Shown here: piece after piece, positions 10,440 through 20,636 of the stretch | Layout of the letters: the number at the start of each line of letters is the position of its first letter | Position numbering within the stretch: the first letter of the stretch is position 1 | From: a virus | Lineage: Duplodnaviria; Caudoviricetes | IMG/VR virus record: IMGVR_UViG_3300009678_001573 | Span: 1-64,000 of that record | DNA: 64,000 bases | Reading direction: 5' to 3' (one strand) | The notes under the pieces: generated by a model | Databases searched by the model: none | Told to the model about the DNA's origin: nothing | Seen by the model: only the letters and a program-made list of their open reading frames with translations | Program-made: the position numbers and the translations under genes

Positions 10440-11726
10440 GTGTCAATGAGTACATTACCTTTTAGCAAGGTGATTGCAGTAGACAAGACCAATGCAAATG
10501 CTGACTACACCACCATTCAGGCCGCTATAGATGCGTGCGCAGATGGCGATGTAATCCAGGTAAGTCCTGGGGTTTATAATGAACAGCTAACCCTCCCAAG
10601 TGGTAAGAGCTTTAGAGTAGTCGGTCATGGCGCTGGTGTTGGTGGAACCTCTGTAGAATTACGTCTTGGCGATGGTTATTTAGTTTCTTCACCATCCTCA
10701 GGAGCGGGTGCCGTCTTTTTTGAGAATATGAGTTTTGCCTTATTATATGATGGTTTGTCTGGCAAATCAGCTACAATCTTATGCAATTCTCCAAGTTATG
10801 GAATGGTATTTAAGGGTTGCAAAGTCTTTTCTCAAACTTTTGGCGCATTCGGTGGCCTATTAAATACTGTGTTAGTTAATTGCGGTTATTTAGAAATGTT
10901 TGATTGCGAAGTTTCTTCAGACGACGCGGATTTTATCAATAACGTTAAAGGTTTTGAGTTCCACGCCGGCAATGTAATACTTCACAACACCGCCGTATAT
11001 GGTTATAATAACGCTGACATTGAAGTTAGTGGTGGCAGCGCTATCTTAACCTTAGAGTCCTGCACAGTAGTCGGGTTGCTAAGCGTAGTCCAAGCACAAA
11101 ATATACTCTTGGACAGAGTTTCTAGAATAGGCGCAGTCAGTGGCATTCAGGATAATGATCAGGAAAACATTGCTCTACACAGAAATTATGGTGTGTTGCG
11201 TACCAATGGTCAAAATGATTTATTTAAATTAAATCTACGTCAGTTGGCAAGTGACCCAGCCTCACCAGAAAATGGTGACGTATGGTACAACAGCAATGCT
11301 GGTAAATTTAAAGCCAAAGAAAATGGTTCAGTAGTTGATGTAATTCAGGCTCCAGTTGTTCCGGTTTCAGCAAATCAAGCTTCGGCAACTAGTAGCGCAA
11401 CTACAGCCTCAACTTCATATGTTGCATTAGACAGCATGTCATTAACTCCGGGTGCTGGTAATTATGTGTTAATGTTTGGTACTTCAGCCGAAAACAATAA
11501 CAATAATGCATCAATCTTTTTTGCTGTGTATGTTGATGGCTCTGTCATTCAACACACTGAAAGAGAGACTAGAAGAGGTGGTTCTTCAGCCAATAATATG
11601 GATGTAATTTCTCTACAGGCTTATTTACCAAGTGTCGGTGCAGGTCAAGTAGTTGAGGTTAAATGGAAGACTTCAGCTGGTACTGCTACTGCACGTGAAA
11701 GAACTCTAGTTCTTATGAAAATATAA
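10440..11726 (+). CDS. Beta-helix (pectin-lyase-like) virion protein
   Basis: ADYTTIQAAID...GDVIQVSPGVYNE beta-helix cap, and a domain paralogous to the middle of 15051..17033. Start is GTG 10440 or ATG 10446. Confidence 0.65.
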   Translation: MSMSTLPFSKVIAVDKTNANADYTTIQAAIDACADGDVIQVSPGVYNEQLTLPSGKSFRVVGHGAGVGGTSVELRLGDGYLVSSPSSGAGAVFFENMSFALLYDGLSGKSATILCNSPSYGMVFKGCKVFSQTFGAFGGLLNTVLVNCGYLEMFDCEVSSDDADFINNVKGFEFHAGNVILHNTAVYGYNNADIEVSGGSAILTLESCTVVGLLSVVQAQNILLDRVSRIGAVSGIQDNDQENIALHRNYGVLRTNGQNDLFKLNLRQLASDPASPENGDVWYNSNAGKFKAKENGSVVDVIQAPVVPVSANQASATSSATTASTSYVALDSMSLTPGAGNYVLMFGTSAENNNNNASIFFAVYVDGSVIQHTERETRRGGSSANNMDVISLQAYLPSVGAGQVVEVKWKTSAGTATARERTLVLMKI

Positions 11727-11741
11727 CTTAAGAGGTAAGCT

Positions 11742-13190
11742 ATGCCTATTGGCCAAGCAGACTTAGAAAATGCAGTTCGTGAGGGCTGGGCCAGAGACGA
11801 AGATAATGAATTAAGTATCGACGGGTATAGCGCTACCATACAGGTTACAACAGACGACGGCACCAGCGGGTTAAATTTAAAAAACTCCACTGGTGCCGTT
11901 TCTTTTTCTGCAATGTCCAATGGAGATGGTTATTTCGCCAATAGACTTGGTGTTGGAACTTACAATCCTGAAACTAAATTAGAGGTAATAGGTAAGACAA
12001 GAACTGATGAATTACAAGTTACTACCAATGCTGTTCCTGGATATGTTTTAACTTCGGACGGTGATGGTAATGCTACTTGGCAGCCAACTGGTGCTGTTTC
12101 AGCTGGGGTTTCCGAAACCACTTTCCAAGAAAACAAAAACGCTCAAGAAGAAATAAATAGACAAATACTAAGTTCTATAGATGGTTATGCACAAAATAGT
12201 ACTGTTACTGAAAATAAGAATGCCCAGGAACAAATTAATCAATCTATATTACAATCATTGGATGGATATGCTATTCGTTCAATTGAAGATCAACGTTGGG
12301 TAGATAGCTCTCAACAGTTACAAGACTTACGAGATAGTCTTGATGGTTATGTAGTTAATCCTACATTCGAAGAAAATAAGAGCACTCAAGAAGAAATTAA
12401 TCACCAAGTGTTGGCGGCTCTCGATGGATATGCCCAAAACTCTACTGTAACAGAACACTATGGACAATTCAGTCAAGCAATCCAAGACATAGTTTCGGTA
12501 ATTGATGGTTATTCTACCGATGTTGAGTTTGCTGGTCTAACAAACACGATCACAGAAAACAATAATCAGCAACAACAAATTAATCAAAGTATTCTTAAAG
12601 ACCTAGATGGCTATGAAACAAAAATCTCAGCCCAAGATAACTATGATGCAATTGGTGCGGCTATTAATACTATTCGTAAAGATTTAGAAGATGGTTATGC
12701 AGATATCAGTGGTTCATCAGCTGATGGATACATAGCATTTTTCACTAGCCAAACAAGTATAGCTGGCGATAACGATTTATATTTTGATCGTGTTAATAAC
12801 CAACTACAAGTTTCTGCTTTAAAATTAACAACTGAGCCTAATGATGGATATATTTTAACTTCTGATTCTAGCGGCAACGCAACTTGGCAAAAAAATAATT
12901 CTTTGGATGACTCCGAGCACCGCCAATTAGACCAGCTTGTTCATAATATTGCTGAAGATTCTTTCGAGGAATGTACTTATTCTGGTGCCTTTATTACTAA
13001 CATAACAATTTGGACCAATTCAGATAAAATTAAAAAAATTAGAGAAGAGCAATTTACTTATGTAGGCGCTCAGGTGGCTCAATTAATTACTATTCAATAT
13101 AATAGTAATGGAGATGAAGTGGAGAGGATTACAGAAAATTATACTTATTCTGGTGTTTTTATGGCCAATGTATCAAGGAGTTTAACCTAA
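11742..13190 (+). CDS. Coiled-coil fibre protein with ~27-aa DGY-terminated repeats
   Basis: 482 aa with 11 DGY. Contains the RLGVGTYNPETKLEV and GYVLTSDGDGNATWQ fibre motifs. The N-terminal LENAV..G..RD.D is shared with 7288. Confidence 0.7.
   Translation: MPIGQADLENAVREGWARDEDNELSIDGYSATIQVTTDDGTSGLNLKNSTGAVSFSAMSNGDGYFANRLGVGTYNPETKLEVIGKTRTDELQVTTNAVPGYVLTSDGDGNATWQPTGAVSAGVSETTFQENKNAQEEINRQILSSIDGYAQNSTVTENKNAQEQINQSILQSLDGYAIRSIEDQRWVDSSQQLQDLRDSLDGYVVNPTFEENKSTQEEINHQVLAALDGYAQNSTVTEHYGQFSQAIQDIVSVIDGYSTDVEFAGLTNTITENNNQQQQINQSILKDLDGYETKISAQDNYDAIGAAINTIRKDLEDGYADISGSSADGYIAFFTSQTSIAGDNDLYFDRVNNQLQVSALKLTTEPNDGYILTSDSSGNATWQKNNSLDDSEHRQLDQLVHNIAEDSFEECTYSGAFITNITIWTNSDKIKKIREEQFTYVGAQVAQLITIQYNSNGDEVERITENYTYSGVFMANVSRSLT
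12129..12614 (+). repeat. Tandem ~27-aa helical repeats ending in (L/I)DGY
   Basis: ENKNAQEEINRQILSSIDGYAQNSTVT / ENKNAQEQINQSILQSLDGY / ENKSTQEEINHQVLAALDGYAQNSTVT and others. The same unit recurs at about 15294-15551, 22800-22945, 27830-27895 and 32620-32680. Confidence 0.85.
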
Positions 13191-14461
13191 TGTCTGGTGT
13201 AATAGTAGTTAATCCAGTAATAGTTGCCGATGGGTATGGAAATTTAATAAATATAAACCATAGTGGCCGTTTATTGACCGATATTAGTACTTCCAGTATA
13301 GTGTCTGCTGTAAATTCTACCACTGATTTACTGGATGCTTATGAAGTATTTACTGGGGTAGGCGAAGATGTTAAAGACTACGCTACTATATCAATTTTTG
13401 TCTTTTCAGATGTAGCATCAGCAACAGGCGGATTAAAAATAGAATGGTCGACAGATAATTCTAACTGGGATGATAATGATACTTTTGACATTCCCGCTAA
13501 TAATGGCAAATTTTTTACTTTTGGTCCTGAGGCTAGATACTTTAGAGTAGTTTATACCAATGATACTCAAAATCAAACAGCATTTAGACTACAGGTAATT
13601 TACCATTATACCAGTATAAAACCATCTTCTCATAAAATTAATGAACAAATAGACGACAACTCAGATGCTGAATTAGTTAAAGGGGTAATTACTGGAAAAG
13701 ACACCGATGGGATATATAGAGATATTTCAGTAACATCTACTGGTCGTTTAATTGTATCATCTACTAATGCTTCTGCGAACATTAATGGATTTTCTGACGG
13801 ACGCATAGTTTATTCTTCTACCACCATTACTTCTGTTAGAGAAACTACTTATACGGAACAATCGTCAGATGCTCAGCGTTCTGTTGCTTCTTCTAGCGCC
13901 AGTGATACCTCGGCGGGAACTGGTGCTAGAACTATTCGCATTACTTATTATACTAGTGCTTTCGTAGGGCCAAACACTACTGATGTCACTTTAAATGGAA
14001 CTTCTGCTGTAAATACTTCAGTAAGTGATATTTGTTATATTGAAAAAATAGAAGTTTTGACTGTAGGTAGTGGTGGTCAAAATGCTGGGATTATAACTCT
14101 TTATGCTTCAACTGGTGGTGCTGGAGGTACAATTTGGACTATTGCTGTAGGCTCTAATAAAACCTATTCCGCTCATCACTATGTTGCCGCTGGGAGAACA
14201 TGTTTTATTACTGGTATGTTAGTGGGAATAAAGGGAGCAGATACTACTAGTGGATTTTTAAGAGCGATAGACTTAAGTACAGCTAATTCAGCAGATATAC
14301 AAATTAGCGATACTGTAAGAGCACCTTCAAGTGGGCAATCATTTAGAACATACGGTGCTCCGATTGTAATTACAGAGGGTTTTAGAATAACAGGAATGGT
14401 AGCCCCTGATAGCTCATCTAGTAGAACCTATTACTTATCTTTCGACTTTTATGAGGAATAA
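13190..14461 (+). CDS. Virion structural protein (two beta-rich domains)
   Basis: TAATG overlap with the upstream gene. The segment SSSASDTSAGTGARTIRI...VTLNGTSAV...GSGGQNAGIITL resembles a motif seen in phage structural proteins. Confidence 0.55.
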   Translation: MSGVIVVNPVIVADGYGNLININHSGRLLTDISTSSIVSAVNSTTDLLDAYEVFTGVGEDVKDYATISIFVFSDVASATGGLKIEWSTDNSNWDDNDTFDIPANNGKFFTFGPEARYFRVVYTNDTQNQTAFRLQVIYHYTSIKPSSHKINEQIDDNSDAELVKGVITGKDTDGIYRDISVTSTGRLIVSSTNASANINGFSDGRIVYSSTTITSVRETTYTEQSSDAQRSVASSSASDTSAGTGARTIRITYYTSAFVGPNTTDVTLNGTSAVNTSVSDICYIEKIEVLTVGSGGQNAGIITLYASTGGAGGTIWTIAVGSNKTYSAHHYVAAGRTCFITGMLVGIKGADTTSGFLRAIDLSTANSADIQISDTVRAPSSGQSFRTYGAPIVITEGFRITGMVAPDSSSSRTYYLSFDFYEE

Positions 14462-14464
14462 ATT

Positions 14465-15049
14465 ATGGTAAATTTTGGTTCTAGTTTTAATATTCGCGAG
14501 CGCAGATGGTCAGATTTTAAAGAAGAATTATCTGTCAGAGGCGGCGACTTACAATACGATACTCTAGATGATGGATATCAAATTTACTTTGTAGATGAAT
14601 CTGAGATATTTAATTGTGTTATATATACTGGTTCAGTGCCAGATACCATAATTCAATTCTATTCTCAGGAACAAAATGATTTAGACAAGGCAGAGTTTAT
14701 AGGATATTTAAACGATGCTACTAGGCCAGCCCAATTATCATTTGCTACTGCAAATCCTGGCCTCGTAGATGCTTTTAATAGGGTTAGTGTTGCTACTGAC
14801 AATTTTAATGATATGGAAATATCTTGGACTTTTATTGCAGAACACATATTATTATCATTAGAAGGCTCAGTATCTGGAGATATTATTGAATATTCCTTCG
14901 ATGGTATTAATTTACACGGAGATATGAAGGGCAGGACTGTTAGTGAATCAATAGCTTATGACAATAGATTAAGATGCAAAATATGGTTGAGACGCAATGC
15001 TTCTTCGCCGACATCTTCTATTTCAGTTAGAGTTGAGGCTTGGAGATAA
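14465..15049 (+). CDS. Virion protein with C-terminal domain paralogous to 1965..2279
   Basis: IEYSFDGINLHGDM...AYDNR...KIWLRR...VRVEAWR. Confidence 0.6.
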   Translation: MVNFGSSFNIRERRWSDFKEELSVRGGDLQYDTLDDGYQIYFVDESEIFNCVIYTGSVPDTIIQFYSQEQNDLDKAEFIGYLNDATRPAQLSFATANPGLVDAFNRVSVATDNFNDMEISWTFIAEHILLSLEGSVSGDIIEYSFDGINLHGDMKGRTVSESIAYDNRLRCKIWLRRNASSPTSSISVRVEAWR

Positions 15050-15050
15050 G

Positions 15051-17033
15051 ATGTCGGGTTTTAATGGAAATGTAGTTAATGTAGATGATGGATATGTAGG
15101 CACTTTAAATGTTGGTGCTGTAGTATTTGCGCCATCATCTTCAAATCCAATTCCTGGTGGCTCTTCTGGACTATATATAAATGACGATGGTATGTTGGCA
15201 ATTTCTGATACCAACGCCGCGACCTCTGTTATAATTGTTGAAAATACATTTAGTTTAACATTAGATAGTTATGTGGATGACCAAACATTTCAAGAAAATA
15301 AAACAGCTCAAGAAGAAATCAATCATCATATATTAGTTGCTTTAGATGGTTATACTACTGCAGCAAGTTCTGGTGTATCTGAAGATACCTTCCAGGAAAA
15401 TAAGAATGCTCAAAATCAAATAAATCAATCTATATTACAAGCATTAGATGGTTATGGTGGTGGTTCGGGCGTTTCAGAAATCACTTTCCAGGAAAATAAA
15501 AATGCCCAAGAACAGATTAATGATACTATTCTTGCTTCGTTAGATGGCTATGCTTCTGCTCAAGGTACTGCCACCCAACTTGCCTATTTTTCAGGAACTA
15601 ATACTTTAACATCAGATACTAATTTATCATTCGATACAACTAATAATAGACTAGTTGCCTATTCTATACAAGTAACTGGTGATCCGGGCGATGGATATAT
15701 ATTGACTTCGGATGCTAATGGAGTTGGTTCGTGGCAACGAGCACCAATAGCATTTCCGTCAAATAGAGTATTTACTGTTGATGCTACTCACCCACAAGCC
15801 GACTTTACTACTATTCAGGATGCCATTACTCACGCTTCTGATGGTTATATGATTATAGTTAGCCCAGGCTCTTATAACGAACAACTTACTTTGCGTGCTG
15901 GAATATCACTTGAAATAATTGGGTCAAGTAATAATGCTGCTGCTTATGTTGATGTAAATTGGAGTTTTTCTACAGATGGTTATATAATAACAGCCCCTGA
16001 TGCTGGTGCAGGAACTACTGTATTTAAGAATATGAAATTTAGTCTCACATATGATGGGTTTAATAATTCTACTGCTATATTGAGAATGCCAAGCTCAAAT
16101 TATGGAATTACCTGTGAAGATTGTACTTTTTCAGCAATAACTCAAGGTCCAACCGGCGGAAGAATGATGGGAGCCCTAGTATATGGTGGACAACTAGAAT
16201 TAATAAATTGTGAATTGTCGGCCGATGATAATGATGGAATTTTTGATGTAGATACTATCAGAATAGGTGGCGGAAATGTATTTCTTAAAAATACCACTAC
16301 CTATGGATTTAATAATGCTGATATTAGAATAGATGGCGGACAAGCTTCTTTAACTATAGAAAATTCTACTGTAGTTGGTACGATTGTAGTTGGAAATGTT
16401 CAAAATATATTCTTAGATAGAGTTTCTAGAATTGGGGCAATTACTGGAAATGTTTCAGATACTGATACTGAAACGAAATTGACTAGTAGGGTTTATGGCG
16501 TTGGCCTTACAAATGGCACTAACGAATTTTATAAATTGCACTTAAGAGAGCTTGGAACCGAAGATGTTGGTTCTCCTGGCGACGGCGAGATATGGTATTC
16601 GAGAGCCGCCGGCCGATTCAGAATGAAAGAAAATAGTGTTATTAAAGATATGATTCCATATTCTACACTAGACGGATATTCTTCTGCCAATAAACGAGAA
16701 AAATCCATTACTATTGAAAGCCCAACTGCTGCTGAGGATGTTTCTTGGTTTTTCGTAAATAGGGCAGTTACTGTAACAGAAATTAGAGCAGTGTTAGTTC
16801 AATCTGCTGTTTCACCGTCAGTAACTTGGACAGTTAGACACGGGACTGATAGGAATGCATCTGGCGCCGAAATTGTTACCGGTGGAACAACAACAACCAG
16901 TATAACTACAGGAAGTGATGTAACCTCATTTAATGACGCGACTATTGTTGCTGATAGTTTTATTTGGGTAGAGACAACAGCATCAGCTAATACGGCTCAA
17001 CTACACTTAACTCTGTTTTATACTGAGGATTAA
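15051..17033 (+). CDS. Mosaic fibre protein (DGY coiled-coil repeats plus beta-helix)
   Basis: Likely start is ATG 15051 (SD GGAG at 15042), not 14997. Three ENK.AQ..IN..IL..LDGY repeats and an ADFTTIQDAI...VSPGSYNEQ beta-helix paralogous to 10440. 8 DGY. Confidence 0.7.
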   Translation: MSGFNGNVVNVDDGYVGTLNVGAVVFAPSSSNPIPGGSSGLYINDDGMLAISDTNAATSVIIVENTFSLTLDSYVDDQTFQENKTAQEEINHHILVALDGYTTAASSGVSEDTFQENKNAQNQINQSILQALDGYGGGSGVSEITFQENKNAQEQINDTILASLDGYASAQGTATQLAYFSGTNTLTSDTNLSFDTTNNRLVAYSIQVTGDPGDGYILTSDANGVGSWQRAPIAFPSNRVFTVDATHPQADFTTIQDAITHASDGYMIIVSPGSYNEQLTLRAGISLEIIGSSNNAAAYVDVNWSFSTDGYIITAPDAGAGTTVFKNMKFSLTYDGFNNSTAILRMPSSNYGITCEDCTFSAITQGPTGGRMMGALVYGGQLELINCELSADDNDGIFDVDTIRIGGGNVFLKNTTTYGFNNADIRIDGGQASLTIENSTVVGTIVVGNVQNIFLDRVSRIGAITGNVSDTDTETKLTSRVYGVGLTNGTNEFYKLHLRELGTEDVGSPGDGEIWYSRAAGRFRMKENSVIKDMIPYSTLDGYSSANKREKSITIESPTAAEDVSWFFVNRAVTVTEIRAVLVQSAVSPSVTWTVRHGTDRNASGAEIVTGGTTTTSITTGSDVTSFNDATIVADSFIWVETTASANTAQLHLTLFYTED

Positions 17034-17035
17034 GC

Positions 17036-17701
17036 ATGGCATTTCCAGTCGTAGAATCTTCAAATACCACAGCCGATACAAGTGGTAATGCTGTTACAGT
17101 TAATATGCCGTCAGGTATAGTCGCTGGTGATTTACTTTTAGTATTTGTGGCCCATGATACCTCTGCCGATATTACTGAAACCGGCGGCAATGGTTGGACT
17201 AGAATAGTTAATAGTGCAAATGGAACAGCAGTCCAGGCAGCCGTTTTTGCTAAAATTGCTGCTGGTAGTGATGCTTGTGCTCTGTCTGATAATGCTGATA
17301 ATCAGGATACTGCTGTAGTTTCAGTTCGCATTTCTGGTCATGGAATTTCCGATGTTTCAACCGATATTACACTAGGAACTGCTGCAACGGGCTCTGATGA
17401 TAGCCCCAATCCGCCAGATTGTAATCCTGGAGTTGCTAAAGATTATTTGTGGTTAGAATTTTTTGCCGCGGATGACGATGATGATACAGCTACTTATGAA
17501 TCCGCTGATTATCTACAAGTAGCCCAAATTCAAAGTGCTAACTCGACTTCTTCTTGTTTGTGTGCTGTAGCTAGAAGAGCATTAAATGCTTCTTCAGAAA
17601 ATCCCGGAGTAATGGCTATGGCAGATACTGAAGAATGGGTTGCGCAAACTTTAGCTATTCCGCCTGTGGCTGCTGTAGCAAGAAGAATATTTATAACATA
17701 A
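17036..17701 (+). CDS. Ig-like/beta-sandwich minor virion protein
   Basis: The motif VTVNMPSGIVAGDLLLVFV...GWT resembles phage minor structural domains; SD GAGG. Confidence 0.55.
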   Translation: MAFPVVESSNTTADTSGNAVTVNMPSGIVAGDLLLVFVAHDTSADITETGGNGWTRIVNSANGTAVQAAVFAKIAAGSDACALSDNADNQDTAVVSVRISGHGISDVSTDITLGTAATGSDDSPNPPDCNPGVAKDYLWLEFFAADDDDDTATYESADYLQVAQIQSANSTSSCLCAVARRALNASSENPGVMAMADTEEWVAQTLAIPPVAAVARRIFIT

Positions 17702-17716
17702 AAGTTGGAGGCTCTA

Positions 17717-18211
17717 ATGAAAATTGGTTTTTCTACATCCAATTCGGTCATTAGTAAGATTATAAGAAAATTAACAAGATCTGAAGTTAGCCATACTTAT
17801 TTAAAGCACAACATCGAAGGACATGATTTAGTTTTACACGCAAATGAACATGGCGTAGAATTTGATAAATATGTTGATTTTAATAGAAAATTTACTATAG
17901 TAGCTGAATATGATCTAATTATGACTGATGCTCAAGAGAAGGCTTTTATATTTTATGCCGTTCAACAAGTAGACCGCCCTTATGATTTTTTGGCGCTTGT
18001 TGGTTTTGCTTGGGTATTATTAAATAAAGCTTTTAAACGAAAAATTGGAAATCCCTTTAAGAATAAGGCAGCTTATTTTTGTAGTGAGTTAATGCTAACA
18101 AGTCTTCAGGCTGCTAAATTTTTCGGCTCTGAACATTTGGACAGAGACCTAACAACACCAGAGGATTTAATGGGCTTTCTAGATAAACATCCTTTGGCCA
18201 AGAAGAATTAA
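17717..18211 (+). CDS. Permuted papain-like amidase (NlpC/P60, YaeF/YiiX-like)
   Basis: His-first SH motif, RPYDF, and late FCSEL catalytic Cys followed by TP.DL. SD GGAGG supports ATG 17717. Confidence 0.82.
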   Translation: MKIGFSTSNSVISKIIRKLTRSEVSHTYLKHNIEGHDLVLHANEHGVEFDKYVDFNRKFTIVAEYDLIMTDAQEKAFIFYAVQQVDRPYDFLALVGFAWVLLNKAFKRKIGNPFKNKAAYFCSELMLTSLQAAKFFGSEHLDRDLTTPEDLMGFLDKHPLAKKN

Positions 18212-18239
18212 TTAAGTGATATAATAAAGGAGTAATAAA

Positions 18240-18497
18240 ATGCTTACAGAACAGGAAGTTGCAGAGGTTATTAATAAGAAGATAGCAGACAAGACTTTAA
18301 AGGCTGCTACGGCTAAATATGTAGAAAAATTGAAGGTTTTACAGGGTATCTTGAAAACACAGCAAGATGCTCTTGAAGAATTAAAGAAGAAGGTGGTGTC
18401 TGAGGAAGAGCAAATTATGCGCACAAAAGGCGCCATATCTATACTTTTAGAGCTTTCGGCCGAAGAAGAAGGGCTGTTAAGTCCTGCCAATCCCTAA
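18240..18497 (+). CDS. Small coiled-coil protein
   Basis: 85 aa, heptad-rich, SD AAGGAG. Confidence 0.6.
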   Translation: MLTEQEVAEVINKKIADKTLKAATAKYVEKLKVLQGILKTQQDALEELKKKVVSEEEQIMRTKGAISILLELSAEEEGLLSPANP

Positions 18498-18513
18498 TTT
18501 AAACCGTTAATTC

Positions 18514-18536
18514 TACTAATAATTTTGATATAAGTA
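18514..18536 (+). promoter_or_regulatory. Putative late promoter (TACTAATA) upstream of the csp gene
   Basis: CTACTAATAATTTTGATATAAGTA in an intergenic gap. Confidence 0.5.
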
Positions 18537-18603
18537 TGCGTATTAGTCTGCGCATAGAGCCTTTTTATAGGCTAATTTAATAAAGATTTCAAGGAGAAAT
18601 AAG

Positions 18604-18834
18604 ATGACAGATAAAGTATTAACGGCGAAAGTCGTGTGGTTTGATGCTAAAAAAGGTATCGGCTTCGTAGCTAAAGATGATGGTTCAGGCGATTTATTTG
18701 TTCATTGGAGCAACTTACAGATGGAGGGCTTTAAGACGTTAAAGCCCAATCAGGTTGTTTCCTATGAATTGGGACAAAATCATCACGGCCCACAGGCAGT
18801 GAATGTTAAGGTTCTCGAAGACGCACAGGAATAA
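18604..18834 (+). CDS. csp: Cold-shock domain protein (CspA family)
   Basis: KVVWFDAKKGIGFV (RNP1), DLFVHWS (RNP2), GFKTLKPNQ.V.Y and GPQAVNV; SD AAGGAG. Confidence 0.95.
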   Translation: MTDKVLTAKVVWFDAKKGIGFVAKDDGSGDLFVHWSNLQMEGFKTLKPNQVVSYELGQNHHGPQAVNVKVLEDAQE

Positions 18835-18848
18835 CAAAGGAGTAAGAC

Positions 18849-19724
18849 ATGAAGGATAAAGAATTGTGGTTATTAAATACCACTAAGGCCGACGTAAGTT
18901 TGAGTGATTTGGGTGTAAAGGTTTTAGCTAATCAAACAGCTAATGTTTATGCATCCAATCCCTATCTTACTGAGGAGCAAGTAAAGAGATCTATGAGCAT
19001 TGGGTCTTTACAAAAGAGAATTATTAGCGGCGCCCTTAAGGTTGTTAAGACTGATAATAAAAAACGCTCAACTGTTATAGATAAGATTAAAGAAAGTAAG
19101 CAGCCCGTGATGGCCAGAAAAACAAAATCCTCTATAATTGTAGAGCATACTGAAACCGAAGCCGTTGAAGGTAAGGGGTTTGAATTCGCTGATTATGGTT
19201 TAGGTGAATTAGAATCCGAGGCGGATAAAAAGAATTTGGTTGTTGTCAAAGCAAAGCAAGATGAGTTACCAGTTGAGGTCACTGATACTGAAACGGCCCC
19301 AAAGGCCGGAAATAGTGTAAGTACTCAATCAGCTGTTATTATGGATACCCAACAAAAGGGGATGAATAATCCTGTTGGTAACCTGGCTAATACAACCACT
19401 AATCATTTACAGCCATATGTAGTTACCAAGGCCCCCGCTGGAGCACCTGAAGTAGTAGAAGAGGTAAAGGCAACTTTACCCAAAATAACTAAAGCTGGTG
19501 AGACTATATTAGTTGGGCAGGACCAGCAATCTCGTGATATAAAAGAGATTGCTAAAGTACAGAAGGGTGATGAGGCAGAGGCAAAGATAGAGATGGCAGC
19601 ACCTGACATTGATGCCAAGGTTGCAACAAAGACAGAAAAGGGTGCGATAGTAATGGAACTAAAAGAAGTTCCAAAAAAAGAAGCAAAGCCAAAGAAGGTG
19701 AAAAAGAGTAAGCCAACTTCTTAA
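18849..19724 (+). CDS. Hypothetical protein, charged and low-complexity
   Basis: 291 aa, SD AAGGAG, folded-looking N-terminus and a K/E/T/A-rich, probably disordered C-terminus. Confidence 0.55.
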   Translation: MKDKELWLLNTTKADVSLSDLGVKVLANQTANVYASNPYLTEEQVKRSMSIGSLQKRIISGALKVVKTDNKKRSTVIDKIKESKQPVMARKTKSSIIVEHTETEAVEGKGFEFADYGLGELESEADKKNLVVVKAKQDELPVEVTDTETAPKAGNSVSTQSAVIMDTQQKGMNNPVGNLANTTTNHLQPYVVTKAPAGAPEVVEEVKATLPKITKAGETILVGQDQQSRDIKEIAKVQKGDEAEAKIEMAAPDIDAKVATKTEKGAIVMELKEVPKKEAKPKKVKKSKPTS

Positions 19725-19738
19725 TGGAGGGCTAACAA

Positions 19739-20626
19739 TTGGCAAACCGTCTTGGAATACGTGGTAGAGTAGTTGATATATTTGTAAGATTTGTCGATGC
19801 TGCCGGAAACCCAGTAAATGCAGATGAAACACCCAAGGTCGAAATCATCGACTCTAATGGAGTAGTTCGACAATCTTTAAATAGTCTAGGCATATCATTA
19901 ATAGATGATCCTGGTTTATATAAATTACAATACACAATCCCTCTTAATAGTCCGGACGGTTATTGGAATGACCGTTGGGTTGCTGATATTGGCGGCGAAA
20001 CCGTATCTACTACTTTTGAATTTCAAGTAATTTCAGCTGGCGCAATGACTGCTGCTACTGAACCTGATTTTACTCCAGGTGATCCGTGGCCATACGAATT
20101 TACAAAAGAAGAAGTTCTTTGTATAAATAAATTACTCACGATTATCAAGAAGAGACTTAAAAGCGATGGAATGAAAAGAACCCCTGATGGTGCAGGCGGT
20201 TATATAGAAGAGCCTTGCCCTGTATTTAGTGATAGCGAATTAATTTGCTTTTTAATAAATAGTTTATCAGAATTTAATTCTTATCCGCACTTTACAAACT
20301 TTAGCTTTGCTGACGAAGTAATTTGTGGTTTGTTTGCAGATATTATTATTCAGGGTGCTGTGTTATTAGCTCTTGCTGCTCAAGCCTTAATTGAACGAGG
20401 AAGAGAGTTTACAATTACTGATAACGGCGTTACTTATCAGCCACCTGCACTTTCAGAATTATTAAATAATCAATTTAGCGCACAGTTAGCTGACTATAAA
20501 GAAAAATTAAAGATTATTAAAGCCAATATCAAACCAACTCCGTTGGGACTCGGAACTTTCAGAGTTACATCAATAAGTCCTGCGTATCTACGTCTAAGAC
20601 ATTTGCGCGAAAGACAAGTATTATAA
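19739..20626 (+). CDS. Putative head-tail adaptor (neck) protein with N-terminal Ig-like domain
   Basis: TTG start with SD GGAGG. The helical region FSDSEL..FL..SLSEFN..P...FTITDNGVTY resembles adaptor proteins. The N-terminal domain resembles the N-terminus of 39781. Confidence 0.6.
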   Translation: MANRLGIRGRVVDIFVRFVDAAGNPVNADETPKVEIIDSNGVVRQSLNSLGISLIDDPGLYKLQYTIPLNSPDGYWNDRWVADIGGETVSTTFEFQVISAGAMTAATEPDFTPGDPWPYEFTKEEVLCINKLLTIIKKRLKSDGMKRTPDGAGGYIEEPCPVFSDSELICFLINSLSEFNSYPHFTNFSFADEVICGLFADIIIQGAVLLALAAQALIERGREFTITDNGVTYQPPALSELLNNQFSAQLADYKEKLKIIKANIKPTPLGLGTFRVTSISPAYLRLRHLRERQVL

Positions 20627-20636
20627 GGAGTAAAAC

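Noticed and set aside
18194-18225. Sigma70 extended -10 (TGATATAAT at 18217)
   Set aside because: There is no well-spaced -35, and the implied start would fall within the SD of 18240. AT-rich chance match is likely.
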